NCBI GenBank assembly: GCA_964507015.1
Contig: CAZDOM010000005.1
Location: 3,654 to 67,653 of the forward strand
DNA: 64,000 bases
Reading direction: 5' to 3'
Origin: an uncultured Rikenellaceae bacterium
Lineage (GTDB): Bacteria; Bacteroidota; Bacteroidia; Bacteroidales; VadinHA17
Shown here: positions 60,594-64,000 of the stretch, in pieces
How positions within the stretch are numbered: position 1 is the stretch's first letter
How the letters are laid out: the number at the start of each line of letters is the position of its first letter
Notes under the pieces: generated by a model
What the model was told of the DNA's origin: nothing
Database searches by the model: none
Seen by the model: the letters and a program-made list of their open reading frames with translations, nothing else
Made by a program: the position numbers and the translations under genes

Positions 60594-61826
60594 ATGAAAA
60601 AGCGTGTAGTCATAGGCCTCTCAGGAGGTGTCGATTCCAGTGTGGCTGCCTGGGTATTAAAAGAGCAAGGATTTGATGTTGAGGGCCTTTTTATGAGGAA
60701 CTGGCATGACACAACCGGATTGCTTCAGAGTGACTGTCACTGGGAGGATGACCTTATGTTTGCGGAGATGGTGGCTAAGAAACTTGAGATCCCTTTTCAT
60801 TTTGTGGATCTGAGTGACCCGTACAGGAAGAGAGTTATTGATTATATGTTTTCAGAATATGAAAAGGGACGTACTCCCAATCCGGATATATTATGTAACA
60901 GGGAAATTAAATTTGATTCATTTGCCAAAGAAGCAAGGAAACTTGGTGCCGATTTTGTTGCCACGGGACATTACTGTGTAAAAGATGAAATAAGTGTTAA
61001 CAATACACTTATTTACAGACTGCTGGCCGGAAAAGACGAGAATAAGGATCAGAGTTATTTCCTCTGCCAACTGAACCAGGAGCAGCTTGCTTATGCGTTG
61101 TTTCCAATAGGCAATATAACAAAAAGTGATGTAAGGAAAACAGCTGACAGACTGGGACTTGCAACTGCCCATCGTAAAGATTCACAAGGCATCTGCTTTG
61201 TCGGGAAAGTGGATCTCCCGACCTTTCTGCAGCAGAAGCTGAAGGCCAGAAAAGGCAATACTATTGAGATTAAAGAAGGAGTTGAAGGCCCTCCGTCGCT
61301 AAAGCTTTGGAGGGTAAAAGTTGAAGGAGTTGAAGGGTATTTGAATGATGAATCTGTGTCAGAAAAGATGCTGTCTGAACTGACAGAACCTGTCAGATAT
61401 AAACCTTCAGATGGAAGGGTTGTCGGGAAACATAACGGGGCTCACTTCTTTACAATAGGCCAGCGGAAAGGAATAAATGTCGGAGGATATGAAAAACCTT
61501 TATTTGTTATTGCCACTGATGTAGAAAAGAATATTATTTATGTAGGTGAAGGTCAGTCGCATCCGGGTTTATACAGGAAAGGACTGCTAGTAAAGAGTGA
61601 TGAAATACACTGGATCAGGACTGATCTGGAAATGAAGGCAGGTGAAAACCGTGAATACATGGTTAGGATCAGATATCGTCAGCCATTACAGAAAGCAAAG
61701 CTATACAGACGAAACGAAGGTATATACATCATATTCAATAAATTACAACGAAGTATTGCTCCCGGGCAGTTTGCTGCATGGTATGATGGCGATGAAGTAA
61801 TCGGATCTGGAGTAATAAGCATGTAA
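60594..61826 (+). CDS. mnmA: tRNA 2-thiouridine(34) synthase MnmA
   Basis: VVIGLSGGVDSSVAA PP-loop, GRTPNPDILCN, ATGHY, KDQSYFL, DSQGICF, FTIGQRKG. Confidence 0.93.
   Translation: MKKRVVIGLSGGVDSSVAAWVLKEQGFDVEGLFMRNWHDTTGLLQSDCHWEDDLMFAEMVAKKLEIPFHFVDLSDPYRKRVIDYMFSEYEKGRTPNPDILCNREIKFDSFAKEARKLGADFVATGHYCVKDEISVNNTLIYRLLAGKDENKDQSYFLCQLNQEQLAYALFPIGNITKSDVRKTADRLGLATAHRKDSQGICFVGKVDLPTFLQQKLKARKGNTIEIKEGVEGPPSLKLWRVKVEGVEGYLNDESVSEKMLSELTEPVRYKPSDGRVVGKHNGAHFFTIGQRKGINVGGYEKPLFVIATDVEKNIIYVGEGQSHPGLYRKGLLVKSDEIHWIRTDLEMKAGENREYMVRIRYRQPLQKAKLYRRNEGIYIIFNKLQRSIAPGQFAAWYDGDEVIGSGVISM
61275..61336 (+). repeat. 48-nt in-frame insertion-like segment in mnmA: a 34-nt hairpin element flanked by a 14-nt direct repeat
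   Basis: GAAGGAGTTGAAGG occurs at 61275-61288 and again at 61323-61336. Between the copies lies ccctcc-gtcgctaaagcttt-ggaggg (6-bp stem). Confidence 0.6.
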
Positions 61827-61852
61827 CGGGCGTAAGGCATCAGGTGAAATAC

Positions 61853-61890
61853 CCCCCTCCAGCTAAAGCTGGATCCCCCCTAAAGGGGGG
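61853..61890. repeat. Two adjacent GC-rich TAAA-tetraloop hairpins downstream of mnmA
   Basis: ccagc-taaa-gctgg (61859-61872) and cccccc-taaa-gggggg (61875-61890). The motif ccctcc..gctaaagct..gga is shared with the element inside mnmA. Confidence 0.7.
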
Positions 61891-61908
61891 AATAAACCTG
61901 TATAACTT

Positions 61909-61987
61909 TGGCAACTTGCAAGACTGCAAGACTCAAGGAACCCCGCTTTGCGGGATAAACTCCGTGACGCAGTTCCGCAAAGCGGAA
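61909..61987. repeat. Octamer tandem (tgcaagac x2 plus degenerate flanks) and an inverted pair of small hairpins
   Basis: tgcaagac occurs at 61917-61924 and 61925-61932. cccgc-ttt-gcggg (61942-61954) and ttccgc-aaa-gcggaa (61973-61987) are mutual reverse complements in their cores. Confidence 0.65.
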
Positions 61988-62011
61988 GCATGACCGCAAG
62001 ACTTCAAATTG

Positions 62012-64000
62012 TCATTGCGATCGCAGCGAATCAATCTCTGTCTTCATTTCGCTGATCATCTCGCTTAGCTCATCGATCTGAGATTGTTGTGATTCTATCT
62101 GTTCCTGTTGTTCCTGCATTCCTTTGATTAATACAGGAACCAATTTATCATAATCCATGCTCCAAAGATCAGTATTTTCATCTTCTGGAACGGTAACAGC
62201 CTCAGGTATAATTGCATATACATCCTGTGCCACAAGGCCGATTTCATTCTTATAATCATTTTTATAAATAATCAGTTGATCATTTTTAAACTCTGAAGTA
62301 TGGTGGTTATATCGTTTGGGTTTAAGAAGCAATATCTCATCAAGACCATAGTTTATCAATTGCTGATTTGATTTGACCCGGTCATCGGAATAGCTTGACC
62401 AGCCATAGGCTCTTCCTTCTCCTACAGAAGGGGATGAATTGTTGGGCAATTGGAGTTTATATGTAGGTACAGCTACGCCCATTCCTATACAGCCATTGTT
62501 AATGATTACCATAGCAGGATTTGTTGCTTCTCCTGCTCCAGCAAAGAATTCAAGGGTGCCTGAAGCAATACCGAATCCATAAAAACTGGTACCATCTGTA
62601 TTTTGGTATACAGCAAGTTTTCTTCCTGTGGTACTACCCAAATCAAGTTTGTATTGCGGATTGGCACCTATCCCCACATTCGCATTCAGCCGGAGAAGTT
62701 CATTTCCAAAATCGCCCCAGATTAAAGCTGCGGTAGAGTCAGCGGTTGAATTTTCAATATAAAGTTTGTCAGATCCGGTCTCATGAAAACCTGCCATGTA
62801 TCCCAGAAGAATATTTCCGTTACCCGAGATATTAAAATACCCTGCTTCGTATCCTAAATAAAGATTATTATTTCCTATTGTATTTGAATGACCAGTTTGA
62901 GAGCCCATAAAAATATTATTGTCTCCAAGAGTATTTAAATATCCTGACTGATAACCCTGGAAAATATTCATATAACCTTCAGTATTTGAATATCCTGCAG
63001 AACTGCCCAGAAAAATATTTTTATTGCCAATTGTATTTTTAAAGCCTGAATTATAACCCAGGTAAAGATTCTCTTCACCAGTGGTATTTGAATATCCCGC
63101 AACATCTCCAAGAAAGACATTTTTTGAACCCATACTGTTAAATAATCCAGCCTGGTTTCCAATGAAAACATTACTGTACCCTGTAGTGTCATATAAACCT
63201 GCCCTGTAGCCAATAAAGACATTCGATGTTCCTTTTGTATTAAAATTACCTGCGCTTTGACCAATGAATACGTTATAATTTGCTGTGGTATTCGAATATC
63301 CTGCACTCCGGCCCAGAAAAACATTGAAAGAACCAGTTGTATTTGCGCCTCCTGCATGGGGTCCTATAAATACGTTTTGTACACCTTCAGTATTCTCATC
63401 ACCCGTCTGGTAGCCAATGAAAACATTTGAATTACCAGATGTATTTGAATAGCCAGCCTTGTTACCCATAAAAATATTAAAATTACCACTGCTATTCGAA
63501 TAACCTGCTTCATTCCCCTGGTAGATATTATCAGATCCGGAGTCATTCAGATAACCTGAATGGTAGCCAAGAAATATATTATTGGAAGCTGCGGAGCTGG
63601 AATAACCGCTTTTGTTACCTATATAAATACTGGAGTTGCCAGTAGTATTTGAAGAACCTGCAAGATTCCCCATAAAAATGTTGTTTGATCCGGTGGTGTT
63701 TCTTAATCCGGCTTTATCTCCTAAAAAAGAATTTTCTTTCCCTGTGGTATTTTTATATCCCACTGAATCTCCAACGAATGTATTATAATTTCCCGTAGTA
63801 TTACTATATCCGGCAAATGATCCAAGAAACGAGTTGTTAAGGCCGGACGTATTTGAATAACCGCTCTTGTAACCAACAAACGAGTTATAACTACCTCCTG
63901 TTGTCGAATACCCTGTCTGGTAACCCAGGAAGAGATTTCCCGTTCCTGTATTATCACTGTATCCACTCTGATAACCCAGAAATGCATTGTATTCGCCTGT
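62012..64000 (-). CDS. Fibre-like repeat protein with a C-terminal peptidase-S74 (intramolecular chaperone) domain; the N-terminal end lies outside the window
   Basis: The frame stays open to position 64000: my translation upstream of the GTG listed at 63763 continues ...TGNYNTFVGDS with no stop. There are at least 23 tandem 17-residue units (N.F.G..AGYSNTTG..). The C-terminus YSDDRVKSN...IGLVAQDV..IIPEAV...DYDKLVPVLIKGMQEQQ plus a coiled coil is typical of the endosialidase-chaperone S74 domain. Confidence 0.75.
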   Translation of the reverse strand, partial: TGEYNAFLGYQSGYSDNTGTGNLFLGYQTGYSTTGGSYNSFVGYKSGYSNTSGLNNSFLGSFAGYSNTTGNYNTFVGDSVGYKNTTGKENSFLGDKAGLRNTTGSNNIFMGNLAGSSNTTGNSSIYIGNKSGYSSSAASNNIFLGYHSGYLNDSGSDNIYQGNEAGYSNSSGNFNIFMGNKAGYSNTSGNSNVFIGYQTGDENTEGVQNVFIGPHAGGANTTGSFNVFLGRSAGYSNTTANYNVFIGQSAGNFNTKGTSNVFIGYRAGLYDTTGYSNVFIGNQAGLFNSMGSKNVFLGDVAGYSNTTGEENLYLGYNSGFKNTIGNKNIFLGSSAGYSNTEGYMNIFQGYQSGYLNTLGDNNIFMGSQTGHSNTIGNNNLYLGYEAGYFNISGNGNILLGYMAGFHETGSDKLYIENSTADSTAALIWGDFGNELLRLNANVGIGANPQYKLDLGSTTGRKLAVYQNTDGTSFYGFGIASGTLEFFAGAGEATNPAMVIINNGCIGMGVAVPTYKLQLPNNSSPSVGEGRAYGWSSYSDDRVKSNQQLINYGLDEILLLKPKRYNHHTSEFKNDQLIIYKNDYKNEIGLVAQDVYAIIPEAVTVPEDENTDLWSMDYDKLVPVLIKGMQEQQEQIESQQSQIDELSEMISEMKTEIDSLRSQ

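Noticed and set aside
62016-62030. A GCGATCGC palindrome (the cyanobacterial HIP1 motif) at the 3' end of the fibre gene
   Set aside because: I noticed only this one occurrence, it lies inside coding sequence, and the rest of the window looks Bacteroidota-like. It has no significance on its own.
62968-63987. Alternative-frame minus-strand ORFs (129, 60 and 88 aa) inside the fibre gene
   Set aside because: They are a by-product of the 51-nt tandem repeat. The frame encoding the N.F.G..AG..NT.G units is continuous to the window edge and ends in a recognisable S74 domain.
62012-64000. Calling a prophage or mobile element from the tail-fibre-like gene
   Set aside because: The visible flank has no integrase, terminase, capsid, baseplate or att-like repeats. 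A single S74-domain protein is not sufficient evidence, and the upstream side lies outside the window.

Overview
This window looks like an AT-rich chromosomal segment of a Bacteroidota genome. Three things point that way: TAnnTTTG-type -7 promoter motifs in front of many genes, a protein with a T9SS C-terminal sorting domain, and a Bacteroidota-style LptD and long SecA. All protein identifications come from motif recognition on the supplied translations, with no database search. Coding density is high and dominated by housekeeping genes: galK-like kinase plus sugar symporter, truA, aroE, folD, ffh, argS, ligA, dapA, secA, dnaX, rpsF-rpsR-rplI, lptD-like, amidase, mlaD-like, dnaA, nrnA-like, ndk, recF plus DUF721, ribH and mnmA. 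I found no rRNA, tRNA, CRISPR array, transposase, integrase, or recognisable defence or toxin-antitoxin system. The best candidate for an under-described system is the tightly packed three-gene locus at 12692-17795. It is an AmmeMemoRadiSam-type set in which the Memo and AMMECR1 proteins are fused behind a signal peptide and the radical SAM enzyme carries a Tat-like leader. An 807-aa polytopic membrane protein with a degenerate spermidine-synthase-like domain sits between them. Other points worth a second look:
- an AddAB-like helicase-nuclease pair split by a translationally coupled TIGR01212-type radical SAM gene
- a K+ channel with a roughly 470-aa pentapeptide-repeat N-terminus
- a 582-aa uncharacterised protein coupled to ndk
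- a large FGE/SUMF1-domain fusion protein
- an orphan ComA-type phosphosulfolactate synthase
- a partial 17-residue-repeat fibre protein with an S74 chaperone domain
- a family of small GC-rich hairpin and octamer-phased intergenic repeats, one of which appears to be inserted in frame, with a 14-nt direct repeat, inside mnmA

The AT-rich, homopolymer-rich gap upstream of dnaA is a weak oriC candidate.
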